DNA from: an uncultured delta proteobacterium
Lineage (GTDB): Bacteria > Myxococcota_A > Polyangia > Polyangiales > Polyangiaceae
Assembly (NCBI GenBank): GCA_963716725.1
Contig: CAVQUB010000006.1
Coordinates: 96,001-160,000, forward strand
Reading direction: 5' to 3'
Length of the DNA stretch: 64,000 nt
Made by a program: the position numbers and the translations under genes. Numbering within the stretch: position 1 is the first letter of the stretch; each line of letters begins with the position of its first letter. The notes under the pieces are model-generated. The model did not search any database. It was given only the letters and a program-made list of their open reading frames with translations, and was not told where the DNA came from. Below, piece by piece: positions 1 to 10,096 of the stretch.

Positions 1-302
1 CGCACCAGCATGATTGAGCTCTCGCGCAGCGCGGGGAAGATCCAGTCTCCCGGCTCGGTGGCGAGGGCGGTCGCGACGGGGGTCGCTTCTTGCCCTGTGC
101 ACGTCCCGTAGAACCCGACGCGGCCCTGCCGTTGGAGCCCAACCATGCGGGTCTCGAGCACGCGCATCTTGCGCATTTCGCGGTACATTCGCAGCAGCGT
201 CTCCCGCGGGAGGCGAGGATCCGTCGCCGGATCCGTGCTGCCGTCGTCGCGCAGAGTTCGCAAGAGCCCAAGGCTGGGGTCACCGTCGGGCACGCGTTCC
301 AT
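1..302 (-). CDS. pdhA: 2-oxoacid (pyruvate/branched-chain) dehydrogenase E1 alpha subunit, N-terminal part, runs off the window
   Basis: Manual minus-strand translation from ATG at 302: MERVPDGDPSLGLLRTLRDDG...RMYREMRKMRVLETRMVGLQRQGRVGFYGTCTGQEATPVATALATEPGDWIFPALRE. The LQRQGR..FY..GQEA and DWIFP..RE motifs are typical of E1-alpha. PDH versus BCKDH cannot be resolved. Confidence 0.85.
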   Translation of the reverse strand, partial: MERVPDGDPSLGLLRTLRDDGSTDPATDPRLPRETLLRMYREMRKMRVLETRMVGLQRQGRVGFYGTCTGQEATPVATALATEPGDWIFPALRESSIMLV

Positions 303-307
303 GGCAC

Positions 308-829
308 TCACTCGGACTCGACCTCCAACATATCGAGCAACTCGGCCGTGCGGTCGTCGCCGAGCTCCAGCGCCTCCGCGAGGGAGTTGATCACCTCGTT
401 CTCGCTGTCCTCGATCTCGCTGTCGGCGAAGGCGAGGGCCGCGGCGAGGGAGAAGGCCGCCTCCGCCAGGGCCGGATCCTGCTTGAGCGTCGGCGCCAGC
501 GCAGCGAGGCGAGCGTCCACTCCCTGCTTTGCGCGCTCGGCGCACTGCTCGAAGAGCTTCTCGATGTGGTGCGTGCGCACCGCGTGCTGCGTGAGGCCGC
601 GCACGGCGCCGCGGAGCACGTCGCGCTCGGTGTCCGTGACCTTGCCATCCGCCATCACCATCAGAGCCATGACCTCGAACAGAGCTTCGAAGCGCTCCTT
701 GGCGTCGGGATCGCCCGCGAAGGGGTCGTCGGCCTGCGCCGCATTCATGAAATGCACGCTCGGAGGCTGTCCGACCTCGAGCAGCTCGTCACGGATCCGG
801 GCCAAGGTGTTCTCACGGAGCTCGATCAT
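308..829 (-). CDS. TerB-family (tellurite resistance TerB-like) protein
   Basis: Two ADG/ADS-x-V/I-x-x-x-E motifs (MADGKVTDTERD and FADSEIEDSENE) in a helical protein. Start taken at ATG 829, overlapping the upstream gene. Confidence 0.75.
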   Translation of the reverse strand: MIELRENTLARIRDELLEVGQPPSVHFMNAAQADDPFAGDPDAKERFEALFEVMALMVMADGKVTDTERDVLRGAVRGLTQHAVRTHHIEKLFEQCAERAKQGVDARLAALAPTLKQDPALAEAAFSLAAALAFADSEIEDSENEVINSLAEALELGDDRTAELLDMLEVESE

Positions 830-1898
830 GCTCGTCGTCTTGTCCGCGGGCCGGCGCGGCGTCAATGCGTCCTGGCGCCTCCAGCAGCGCCACGGCCTCT
901 TCCACGACGCTGGGCTCCGCCCGGTCGGGCCGCCCCCGCATGGCGAACAGCAGCGGGAGCGCGCCCGGGACCAGGGCGCGGCCCGCGGCCACGACGGCCA
1001 GGATGCGCGCGTCGCGCGACCACGCATTCAGGCCGCGGAGGATGAACTGCCGAGCCCGCTCGTCGCCCATGCGGGCCAGCGCAATGCGAGCCTGCCACGC
1101 GAAGGGATCCCGGCTCGCACCCAACAGACCAAAGGCACGTCGCGTGAGGCCGCGGCGCGCGGCGGCCAGCCCGAGCGTTCCGGCGAGCTCGATGGCGGCC
1201 TGGGCATCGTCCGGCTCGTCGGCTCCGCGGCCGCTCTCGATCGCCGCGACGATCACCTCCGCACCACTCTCGTCCCCGGCGCGCCCGAGCAAGAGCGCAG
1301 CGGCCAGTCGCACGCCGGCCGCCAAGTCGCCGAGCGCGTCACGCGCAGCGCGCGCGAGCGGCGCTGGCAGGTCGACCTCCCCCGCGTCGAGCCAGCGCTC
1401 CTCGGAGATGCGCAGCGCGATGTAGCGCACCCGAGCGTCGTCGTCTCCGAGAGCGCGAGCCAACGCTTCGTCGACCGTGCCGACGCCGACTCGTGCGTGG
1501 GCGATCAGCGCCTGAAACCTGAGCTCGGGGCTGTCGTCCTCGAGGGCGCGCTCGATCACCGCTCGAGCGTCGGAGTCGTCAGGACCCGCGAGCTCCCCCA
1601 GGGCAACCAGGGCCATCTGACGAACGCGGATCGCGTCGTCGCGCTTCGCGCTCCGAACGAGATCCGAGACGGCATCCTTGGCCGTGGCGTCGGCGAGAGC
1701 CACGGCGGCGTCTGCGCGCAGCCCCGGCGCTGGGTCGTCGGCCAAGACCCGACGCAGGCGCTGGACGGCCTCGTCCGCGCCTTCATGGGCATGACGGGCG
1801 AGGTCCCGCACGGCCGATACCCGCACGTGCAGCTTCTCGTCGTCGGCGTCCCGCAGCGCCGCGGCCAGCGTCCGGGGCAGAGGGGACAGACCGAGCAT
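813..1898 (-). CDS. HEAT-repeat protein
   Basis: Repeated D-x-x-x-x-VR-x-x-A-x-x-AL units (LADDPAPGLRADAAVAL, RDDAIRVRQMALVAL, LEDDSPELRFQAL). Confidence 0.8.
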   Translation of the reverse strand: MLGLSPLPRTLAAALRDADDEKLHVRVSAVRDLARHAHEGADEAVQRLRRVLADDPAPGLRADAAVALADATAKDAVSDLVRSAKRDDAIRVRQMALVALGELAGPDDSDARAVIERALEDDSPELRFQALIAHARVGVGTVDEALARALGDDDARVRYIALRISEERWLDAGEVDLPAPLARAARDALGDLAAGVRLAAALLLGRAGDESGAEVIVAAIESGRGADEPDDAQAAIELAGTLGLAAARRGLTRRAFGLLGASRDPFAWQARIALARMGDERARQFILRGLNAWSRDARILAVVAAGRALVPGALPLLFAMRGRPDRAEPSVVEEAVALLEAPGRIDAAPARGQDDEHDRAP

Positions 1899-1932
1899 CG
1901 CGAGGGCGGAGCCTAGCGGAAGCGTGTGACGT

Positions 1933-1948
1933 TGGCACGGCCGGTGCT
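1933..1948 (+). promoter_or_regulatory. sigma54 (-24/-12) promoter upstream of the fasciclin gene
   Basis: TGGCACGGCCGGTGCT has GG-N10-GC spacing with a perfect TGGCAC. It lies ~35 bp before the GGAGG RBS and ATG 1982. Confidence 0.65.
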
Positions 1949-1981
1949 TGCGAGGCGCGCGCTCGCCTGGAGGAACTCACC

Positions 1982-2548
1982 ATGAACAAGCTCGTCTCGG
2001 TCGGGATCGGTCTCGTGCTGGTCGCCTGCAATAGCCCGCAATCCACCACTTCCGGCACCGCCGCCGGCTCGGCCGTCGCGCCCCCGCCTGCGAAATCGGT
2101 CACGCCGCAGTCGAACATGCCGCCCCTCGACCCCAAGAACATCGTGAGCCTCGCCATCGGCTCGAAAGACCACACCACGTTGGTGGCTGCCATCAAGGCC
2201 GCGGACTACGTGCCTTCGGTGGCCAACGCGGGTCCGCTGACGGTGTTCGCACCGACCAACGCCGCCTTCGAGAAGCTGCCCGCCGGCACCGTCGAAGGGC
2301 TCCTGAAGCCGGAGAAGAAGGATGATCTCCGTGGAGTCCTCAAATACCACGTGACGACCACCGCCTACGACATCGAGAGCTTCAAGGACGGCGAGACCCT
2401 GGGCATGGCCGACGGCGCCAAGGTCAAAATCACGGTCAAGGACGGCAAGGTCAAGATCAACGACGCAAACATCGTCGCTTCGATCCGCGCCTCGAACGGG
2501 ATGCTCCACATCGTTGACGCCGTGCTGCTGCCCCCTAAGAAGGAGTGA
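1982..2548 (+). CDS. fasciclin (FAS1) domain lipoprotein
   Basis: Lipobox LVAC. FAS1 motifs TVFAPTNAAF, LKYHV and ASNGMLHIVDAVL. Confidence 0.9.
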   Translation: MNKLVSVGIGLVLVACNSPQSTTSGTAAGSAVAPPPAKSVTPQSNMPPLDPKNIVSLAIGSKDHTTLVAAIKAADYVPSVANAGPLTVFAPTNAAFEKLPAGTVEGLLKPEKKDDLRGVLKYHVTTTAYDIESFKDGETLGMADGAKVKITVKDGKVKINDANIVASIRASNGMLHIVDAVLLPPKKE

Positions 2549-2567
2549 CAGCAATTCGCGCAACGCC

Positions 2568-2592
2568 TGCGTGCGGCGGATTGTCGCACGCA
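2568..2592. promoter_or_regulatory. inverted repeat (terminator-like hairpin or activator-binding palindrome) between the fasciclin gene and nosZ
   Basis: TGCGTGCGGC-GGATT-GTCGCACGCA, ~75-100 bp upstream of a sigma54-like promoter. Confidence 0.4.
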
Positions 2593-2664
2593 ACGACGAC
2601 GCGAAAAGATCGGCCAAAGCTCACGCAATCGTAGCGGAACACGAGTCCGACCCCCATTCCACAC

Positions 2665-2680
2665 CGGCATGAATGCTGCT
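2665..2680 (+). promoter_or_regulatory. sigma54-like (-24/-12) promoter of nosZ
   Basis: CGGCATGAATGCTGCT has GG-N10-GC spacing and sits ~53 bp before the nosZ ATG (GGAGG RBS present). Confidence 0.55.
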
Positions 2681-2732
2681 ATTCCGGCCGGCGTCACTGT
2701 CGCCCATCTCGGGCGACCCCTGGAGGCATCTG

Positions 2733-4743
2733 ATGCAACTTTCAATCGGCAAAGCGCTCGTCTTGGGCGGCGCGGTTCTCGGAATCGCCGTCGCGGCGGC
2801 ATCCTGTGAGAACAAAGCAGAGCAGAAGGGCGCGCAGGCACCCAGCGGGGCTCTGGGCGCTTCGGCGTCGCTCAAGCAGCTGATGGAGGCTCGCGGGCTC
2901 AGCGAGGCCGACGTCGAGGCCGCGGTCAAGACCTACGTGCCCGGCGGCAAGCACGACGACTACATGATCTTCGCCTCGGGCGGACAGTCTGGGCAGGTGC
3001 TCGTCATCGGCGTGCCGTCGATGCGGCTGCTCAAGGTGATCGGCGTCTTCACGCCCGAGCCCTGGCAGGGCTACGGCTACGGCGGCGAGAGCGACAAGGT
3101 GCTCGAAGGCGGGCAACCAGAACGGCAAGCAGAAGATCACCTGGGCCGACGTGCACCACCCCAACCTGTCGAGACCAAGGGCGACTACGACGGCGCAGTT
3201 CTTCTTCGTGAACGACAAGGCCAACGCGCCGCGTCGCGGTGGTCGACCTGACGGACTTCACCACCAAGCAGATCGTCGCCAACCCGCTGGTCGCCAGCGA
3301 TCACGGCGGCGCGTTCGTCGACTCCGAACACCGAGTACGTGATCGAGACCAGCCAGTACCCCGCGCCACTGGGTCGCGAATACGCGCCGCTCAGCGAGTA
3401 CAAGGAGAAGTACCGCGGCGTGGCGATGTTCTGGAAGTTCGACCGGCAGAAGGGCCGCATCGACCCCGAGAAGAGCTGGGCGATCGAGCTGCCGCCGTAC
3501 ACGCAGGACCTGGCGGACGCCGGCAAGCTCGACAGCGACGGCTGGGCGTTCATCAACTCGTTCAACACCGAGATGGCCATCGGCGGCACGCTCGAGGGCA
3601 AGCCGCCCATCGAGTCGCGGCGCGTCCCAGAACGACATGGACTACCTGCACGTCATCAACTGGAAGAAGGCCGAGCAGCTCGTCAACGACGGCAAGGCCA
3701 CGACCATCAAGGGCATGAAGGTCCTCCCGATGAAGGTCGCGGCGCCGACGAAGGCGTGCTGACGCTGGTCGGCGAGCCCAAGAGCCCCCACGGCTGCGAC
3801 GTGACGCCGGACGGCACGGAGATCGTGGTCGGCGGCAAGCTCGACACCCACGCCACGGTCTACGACTTCGCGAAGATGAAGGCGCTCATCGAGCCAGAAG
3901 AAGTTCGAGGGCAAGGACCCGTACGGCGATGCCCGATCCTGGCGCTTCAAGGACGTCCATCCGCGGCCAGGTCGAGATCGGCCTCGGGCCCGCTGCACAC
4001 CGTCTTCGACGACAAGGGCTTCGCCTACACCTCGGTGTTCATCGAGAGCGTCGTGGCCAAGTGGTCGCTGAAGGACCTGAAGACCGTCGAGAAGCTGCCG
4101 GTGCACTACAACATCGGCCACATCATGTCGGCTGAGGGCGACACCGTGAGCCCCGACGGCAAGTACGTCGTGGCGATGAACAAGATGTCGCATGGACCGC
4201 TTCACCACGGTCGGCCCGCTCGTACCCGCAGAACTTCCAGCTCGTGGACATCGACGGGCGAGCAAGATGCGCATCCTCGTGGACATGCCCATCGGCATCG
4301 GCGAGCCGCACTACTCGCAGATGATCAAGACCGACAAGCTGAAGCCGCTCGAAGGCCTACAAGCCGGGCACCAACCCCTACACCGGCGAAGGTCGACCCG
4401 CATCGCGGTGCTCGAGGCGGCAAGGAGGCGCATCGTGCGCAACGGCAACAAGGTGCGACGTCTACATGACGGCCATCCGCAGCCACTTCACCCCGGACCA
4501 GATCGAGGTCAACGAAGGCGACACCGTGAACATCCACGTCACCAGCCATCGAGAGCGCCGAGGACCAGATCCACGGCTTCGCGATCGACATGTACAACAT
4601 CAACGTGAGCCTCGAGCCCGGCAAGCACGAGAACATCACGCTTCAAGGCCGACATGCCCGGCGTCTTCCCGTTGTTCTGCACCGAGTTCTGCTCGGCGCT
4701 GCACCTCGAGATGGCGGGCTACTTCCTGGTCAAGCCCAAGTGA
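2733..4743 (+). CDS. nosZ: clade II (Sec/lipoprotein-type) nitrous-oxide reductase, with many frameshifts in this sequence
   Basis: Signal MQLSIGKALVLGGAVLGIAVAAASC with no RR. Motifs SGGQSGQVLVIGVPSMRLLKVIGVFTPEPWQGYG; CuZ His motifs DVHHP, SDHGG, SPHG, PLHT, NIGH, EPH; CuA IHGF...CTEFCSALHLEM. The pieces lie in shifting frames and the stop is TGA 4741-4743. Confidence 0.93.
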
Positions 4744-4774
4744 GGACCGAGGGGGAGATCGCGGAGCATCTCCG

Positions 4775-5506
4775 ATGACCAGTATCGCGGCCAACGCCCA
4801 CACCCAACCCCATGATGATGGCCACCGGCACCTGCGGGTGGTGGCGAAGAGAGGCAGCGGCCGCGGCTGGGCGGCGAGGTGGAGCGTGATCGTGCTCTCC
4901 CTCGCCGCGATCGGACTGCACGTCGCCTCGCTGTTTTATCCCTGGTGGTGGATCAAGCTCTACGCGCCGCAGTACCCCAAGGGTCTCCGGATGGACATCG
5001 CGCTGACCGGGGTCACCGGCGACGTGAAAGAGGTCGACATCCTGAACCACTACATCGGCATGGACGCGATGGAGAAGGCCGCCGCGATCGAGCGTCAGCT
5101 GGCCGGCTACGGGATCGCGTTTTTGGCCATCGCCATCGTGGTGGTCGCGCTGCTCGCGGGCAAGAAGCTGGGCAAGCTCCTGGCTGTGATTGGCTTCAGC
5201 TTCCCCTTCGCCTTCCTCGCGGACAGTTATTACTGGATGTACCGCTTCGGCCATACCTTGAACCCCGATGCGCCGATCCACCTGCCTTCCTTCACGCCCC
5301 AGCTCTTCGGCAACGGCAAGATCGGGCAGTTCATGACCTTCGCGCAGCCTTCGCTCGGCTTCTGGCTGGCGGTCGGCGGCTTCGTGGCGCTGCTGCTCGC
5401 CGCGGTGGTCCGCACGCGGGTCTGCTCGAAGTGCGCGAAGAAGGGCGACTGCGGCGCGATCTGCAAGGACGCCTTCATCGGGCCCCAGGCCGGCGCCGGC
5501 GCATGA
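4775..5506 (+). CDS. nosB: NosB-like membrane protein of clade II nos clusters
   Basis: Directly after nosZ. Motif WWIKLYAPQYPKGL...GDVKEVDILNHYIGM, ~4 TM helices and GHTLNPDAPI. Confidence 0.7.
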   Translation: MTSIAANAHTQPHDDGHRHLRVVAKRGSGRGWAARWSVIVLSLAAIGLHVASLFYPWWWIKLYAPQYPKGLRMDIALTGVTGDVKEVDILNHYIGMDAMEKAAAIERQLAGYGIAFLAIAIVVVALLAGKKLGKLLAVIGFSFPFAFLADSYYWMYRFGHTLNPDAPIHLPSFTPQLFGNGKIGQFMTFAQPSLGFWLAVGGFVALLLAAVVRTRVCSKCAKKGDCGAICKDAFIGPQAGAGA

Positions 5507-6839
5507 ACGACGCCACGCGACGGCGCGCAACCTGGACGCTTGCCGCCGCCGCAGCCCTCGCCGTCACCGGCTTCGCGGCCAAGAACCTGCGACCGAGCTG
5601 GCACGCGCCGGCGGACCTGCCAGCGCCCCGAGGACCGACAACCCTCTCGCCGCCGGAGGGCGCGACCGTCGCCAAGGACGAAGCGGAGCTTGACGCGACT
5701 GCTCGGCGATCCGAACGGACCGTCCGAGATCTGGCTCGACAATCGCGTCTACCACGGCGACTTCGAGGTCCGGCGCCCGCTGACCCTGCGCGGCAGCGGC
5801 CAGAGCGTGCTCGACGGCTCCAGTACCGGAACGGTGCTGACCATCGACGCGGACCGCGTCACCATCGACAACCTCATCGTACGCGACTCCGGGCGGCGTC
5901 ACACGACTGAGGACGCCGGCATCAAGGCAACCGGCAAGGGCATCGTGCTCCAGAACCTCAGGACCGAGGACACGCTCTTCGGTATCGAGCTGGCGATCTG
6001 CCACGGCTGCCGAGTCGAGGGCGTACACGTGGCGGGCACCGCTGGTGACGAGCTCCGCGGCGACGCCATCAAGGTCTGGGAGTCCCACGACTCGATCGTG
6101 CGAAACTGCCTGGTCGAGCGCGCCCGCGACGTCGTGATCTGGTACTCGCGGCGGGTGACGGTCGAGCAGATTACGCGTGCGCGGCTGCCGCTACGGCACG
6201 CACTTCATGTACGCTCACGACTCGACGGCGACGGACAACCGCTACACCGACAATGATGTGGGGATCTTCGTGATGTACAGCCGTCGAGTCCACGCGGCGC
6301 GCAACGTGCTCGCCGGCGCTCGCGGCTCCGCCGGCATGGGCTTTGGCTTCAAGGAGAGCGAGGCCGTGGTGCTCGAGGACAACTGGGTGGTCGCCAATAC
6401 CACCGGTATCTACCTCGACAACACGCCCCGCTCGCCCAACCAAGAGGTGCGCTTCGAGCGAAACCTGCTCGCCCTGAACGACGTCGCCCTGCGCACTCAC
6501 GGCGCAAACCGCGGCATCCGCTTCGCCGACAACGAGCTGCAAGGCAACAACGTGGTCGGCGAAGTCGACGGCGGCGGTGACATGCTCAAGCTGACCTTCT
6601 CCGGCAACTATTGGTCGGACTACGCGGGCTACGATCTGGACCGCGACGGCCGCGGGGACGTCGCGTACGAGGTGAAGCGCCTGTCCGGTGAGCTCACCGA
6701 CTCGCGGCCGGTGCTGCGTTTCTTCCGCGGCACGGTGGCCATGGGCCTGGTCGACGCTATCTCCGAAGCCGTGCCGACCTTCTCTCGCAGCAAGCTGCTC
6801 GTGGACGCGACTCCTGCCTACGAACGGAGGCAGCAGTGA
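5503..6839 (+). CDS. nosD: NosD copper-binding periplasmic beta-helix protein (frameshifted near 5690 and 6175)
   Basis: Motifs RGDAIKVWES, RYGTHFMY, GIFVMYS and GNYWSDYAGYDLDRDGRGD. ATGA overlap with nosB. Confidence 0.9.
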
Positions 6840-7747
6840 TCGAGGTCGTTCACGTCAGCAAGTCCTTCGGTCGGGTCAAGGCCCTCAGGGACGTTTGCCT
6901 GAGCATCGAGGAAGGCGAGCGCGTGGCCTTCGTCGGCTCCAACGGCTCGGGAAAGACCACGCTGCTCCGGAGCATCTTGGGCCTCTTGCGGATCGACGGA
7001 CGGATCAGCATCGCCGGCGTCGACGTGGCCAAGAGCCCGGAGCTCGCTCTTGGGAGCGTCGCGTACATGCCTCAGATCGCGCCGCCGCTCGAGGCGCCCG
7101 TGCAGGACCTGGTGCGGGCAATCTGCCGGCTGCGCGGCCTCGAAGCCAAGTCCGTCGAGAGCCGTGCCGCCCGGCTCGGGCTGACCCTCGGGGAGGTCGC
7201 AGATGTCCGGCTTCGGGATCTCTCCGGCGGCACCAAGCAGAAGCTCCTGGCCGCCCTCACCTTGGCCGCCGAGGCGCCGATCCTCATCTGCGACGAACCC
7301 ACGGCAAACCTCGATGCCCAATCGCGCGCGGCGTTCTTCGCCGAGCTCGACGCCCGACCGAAGCACCACGTCACGGTGCTCTGCTCGCATCGCATCGACG
7401 AGGTGCGGCAGTTGGTCGATCGCGTGGTGGAGCTGGAGGAGGGCCGCGTGAAGCGCGACGCTTCGGTGGACGAGTTGCTCGCCGATCGGCAACGCTTTCG
7501 GATCGAAGTGTCGCTCGCGAAGACCGCGGGCGACGTGGTGCGGGTCTTCTTGTTGGAGCACGGCTTCGTCGCGGCAGGCGCGGTTCGCTTCGAGACCCTG
7601 GTGACTCAGTCCGACAAGGTCGCCATCGTCGCGCGCTTGGTGCGCGAACACGGCACGGCAATCTCGGATCTGAGCGTCTATCACGTGGACGACTTGGAGC
7701 TGACAGAGCGGGTCTCCAGTCCGCAGCTGGTGGGGGGTACGAAATGA
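6836..7747 (+). CDS. nosF: NosF ABC transporter ATPase
   Basis: Walker A GSNGSGKTT, LSGG signature and DEPT. Position in the nos operon. Confidence 0.85.
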   Translation: MIEVVHVSKSFGRVKALRDVCLSIEEGERVAFVGSNGSGKTTLLRSILGLLRIDGRISIAGVDVAKSPELALGSVAYMPQIAPPLEAPVQDLVRAICRLRGLEAKSVESRAARLGLTLGEVADVRLRDLSGGTKQKLLAALTLAAEAPILICDEPTANLDAQSRAAFFAELDARPKHHVTVLCSHRIDEVRQLVDRVVELEEGRVKRDASVDELLADRQRFRIEVSLAKTAGDVVRVFLLEHGFVAAGAVRFETLVTQSDKVAIVARLVREHGTAISDLSVYHVDDLELTERVSSPQLVGGTK

Positions 7748-8145
7748 AGGCACTGGCCCAGGTCATGGTGGTCGGCCTGTTGGCGCTCGGCGCCTGCGAG
7801 TCACCGGGAGAGCCCAAGGATCCGATCTGGGGCAAGCAGGCCTGCGGCGCTTGTTCCATGCTCGTCAGCGAGCCAGCTCACGCAGCGCAGCTCGTCACCA
7901 AAGAAGAGACGCGCGTCTACTTCGACGACGTCGGCTGCATGGCAGCCTACGTGCTCGAGCGCAACCTGAACCCGCCGAAGATGTGGGTGCGCGACTCAGC
8001 CGGAAAGTGGGTCGACGCTCGCTCTGCCAAGTTCAAGAGCGGCGCCAAGACGCCCATGGACTTCGGGTACTCCTACGCGGCGGACGGCGACGCCACCTTC
8101 GTCGACGTGCAGCTCGCGGCCAAGAAGAGAGCTGAGCGACGATGA
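7744..8145 (+). CDS. nosL: NosL copper chaperone lipoprotein
   Basis: Lipobox LGAC. Motifs CGACSM, FDDVGCM and TPM. Confidence 0.85.
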   Translation: MKALAQVMVVGLLALGACESPGEPKDPIWGKQACGACSMLVSEPAHAAQLVTKEETRVYFDDVGCMAAYVLERNLNPPKMWVRDSAGKWVDARSAKFKSGAKTPMDFGYSYAADGDATFVDVQLAAKKRAERR

Positions 8146-8984
8146 GCGTTGCCGACCGCCAGAACGCGTTGTTCCGCCTCGAACTCGCCGACGCCTTGCG
8201 CTCGCGATGGATGGTGTTCACCGTCGCCGTCTATGGCGCCGTGTTCGCGGCGTTCATCTGGCTGGGCCTGCGCGAGTCCACCGTGCTCGGATTCACGGGG
8301 CTCTCTCGGGTGGTCTTGAACGTCGCCAACGCGGTCGTGATTGCCGTGCCCTTGGTCGCGCTCGTGGCCTCGAGCCAGACCGTGGTGCGGGCTCGCACCA
8401 GCGGTTTCTTCGAGTTGATCCTGGCCCAACCTTGCCGCCGCCAAGACTGGCTGATGGCGGTGATCGGCTCCCGCGTCATCGTGGTGCTCGGGCCCCTGGT
8501 GGTGATCCTGCTCGCGACGCTCGTCGCCGGGCGCATCGTCGGCTCCGAGTCGACGCTGACGCCCCTGGTGCTGCGCAGCCTCGCGGTCACCACGGGGCTG
8601 GGCTGGGCCTTCCTCGGCATCGGCCTCTTGGCGTCGAGCATCGCGCGCACCCCCGAGCGTGCCACGATTTATGCGCTGCTCGCCTGGATGGTGGGGGCGG
8701 CTCTGCACGACTTTGCGTTGATCGGCGCGCTCCTGCGCTTCCGCCTGGCGCCCGAGGCCGTGTTCGCGCTCGCAGCGCTGAACCCCGTCGAAGCCGCGCG
8801 GGTCGCGCTCTTGTCGGGGGTCGACGCCGAGCTCGGCGTGCTGGGACCGGTAGGCTTCTGGCTAGCCAACAGCTTCGGCCCCAAGCTGACGCTGCTGGTG
8901 GGCGTGGGCTGGCCGGTGTTGCTCGGCACGCTGTGCATGATGTTGGCCGCGCGACGCTTGTCCAAGGCCGATCTGGTGGCTTGA
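8142..8984 (+). CDS. nosY: NosY ABC transporter permease
   Basis: ~6 TM helices, LILAQP and LNPVEAAR motifs. Last gene of the nos operon. Confidence 0.85.
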   Translation: MSVADRQNALFRLELADALRSRWMVFTVAVYGAVFAAFIWLGLRESTVLGFTGLSRVVLNVANAVVIAVPLVALVASSQTVVRARTSGFFELILAQPCRRQDWLMAVIGSRVIVVLGPLVVILLATLVAGRIVGSESTLTPLVLRSLAVTTGLGWAFLGIGLLASSIARTPERATIYALLAWMVGAALHDFALIGALLRFRLAPEAVFALAALNPVEAARVALLSGVDAELGVLGPVGFWLANSFGPKLTLLVGVGWPVLLGTLCMMLAARRLSKADLVA

Positions 8985-9061
8985 GACCGGCGCAGCCGGG
9001 GGCAGGTCGAGCTTGGAGCGCTCTCCGCGGAAGGTTACCCTCGAGCGGTTCAGTGGCGGTG

Positions 9062-9880
9062 ATGTCGAAGCCGGTCGGCACAATCTCCGGGCGCGGACTC
9101 CGGACGCTCGTGGCCCTGTGCCTGGCGCTGGGCTGCGCGCCGGATCGCGACGGATCCAGCGTCGAGCCCGCCGCGACGATCCCGGCGCCCGTCGCCTCGA
9201 GCCCGCAGCCTGCGCCGAGTCCGACCTTTCAGGCCGCGGTCGAGCCGGCCCCGCCCGCACGCACCGGCCCCCGCTGCCGAGAGCAGACCGCGCAGGAGTT
9301 CTTGTTGCGCAAGGGACAGATCGCGAAGATCGGCGCGCCGGCCAGCGAGCAGCGGCTGATCGAGGCCGCGCGCAAGCGCAGCGTCGACTACCGAACGCGG
9401 CAGTACGGCCGCTTCCCGGGCTTCGGGAGCCGTCGGGACAACCCCCGTCCCCCGAGCGCCTACGCGAAGCGCACGACCTTCATGGGGCTGCCCCTGGTGC
9501 TGCACGAGAAGATCGTACCCGCTCTCGGCTGCGTGGAGTCGGCGCTGCTGCGCGACTGCGCGTCGAAGCCCTACAAGCCGCGACAGGTGAGCGGATTGCG
9601 TTTCGAGAACACCTTCAAGGACTACGAGGTCTCCAACCACGTCTACGGCATCGCTCTCGACATCGATTCCCGCGACAACCCCTGCTGCGGCTGCGTCGGG
9701 GCCTGGAACCAGCACCCGGCGTGCCGGAAGAAGGTCGCCTCGGTGTACGAGCGCATGGCCATGCCCCAATGTTGGGTGGAGGTGTTCGAACGCTACGGCT
9801 TCTACTGGCTGGGTCACGACGAGCTCGAGGACACCATGCACTTCGAATTTCTCGGGGATCCAGCGCTGATTTCCGAGTAG
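9062..9880 (+). CDS. M15-family zinc metallopeptidase lipoprotein (D-Ala-D-Ala carboxypeptidase/endolysin-like)
   Basis: SNHVYGIALDID (S-x-H-x6-D) and DTMHFEF motifs. Lipobox LGC. Confidence 0.8.
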   Translation: MSKPVGTISGRGLRTLVALCLALGCAPDRDGSSVEPAATIPAPVASSPQPAPSPTFQAAVEPAPPARTGPRCREQTAQEFLLRKGQIAKIGAPASEQRLIEAARKRSVDYRTRQYGRFPGFGSRRDNPRPPSAYAKRTTFMGLPLVLHEKIVPALGCVESALLRDCASKPYKPRQVSGLRFENTFKDYEVSNHVYGIALDIDSRDNPCCGCVGAWNQHPACRKKVASVYERMAMPQCWVEVFERYGFYWLGHDELEDTMHFEFLGDPALISE

Positions 9881-9887
9881 CAAACCC

Positions 9888-10096
9888 GACTCGCGATCAC
9901 TCCACCTGCACCCAGCGGCGCACGCCTTCGCTCGCGAGCTGCAGCGTGCCGCTGACCAGCATCACGGCCACCACCCCGACCGCGAGCACGTGCGGCGCAC
10001 GCAGCATGGCCAGCGTGCCTTGTTCGAGCAGCGATCCGAGACTCACGCCGTCCGGCGGCCCGAGGCCGACGAAGCCGAGCGCGGTCTCTCCGAGCA
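9888..10096. repeat. direct repeat copy 1: duplicated 3' end of dppC
   Basis: Matches 14184-14392 except for one synonymous difference (GGA vs GGC). Encodes ...LGETALGFVGLGPP...RRWVQVE* on the minus strand. Confidence 0.95.
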
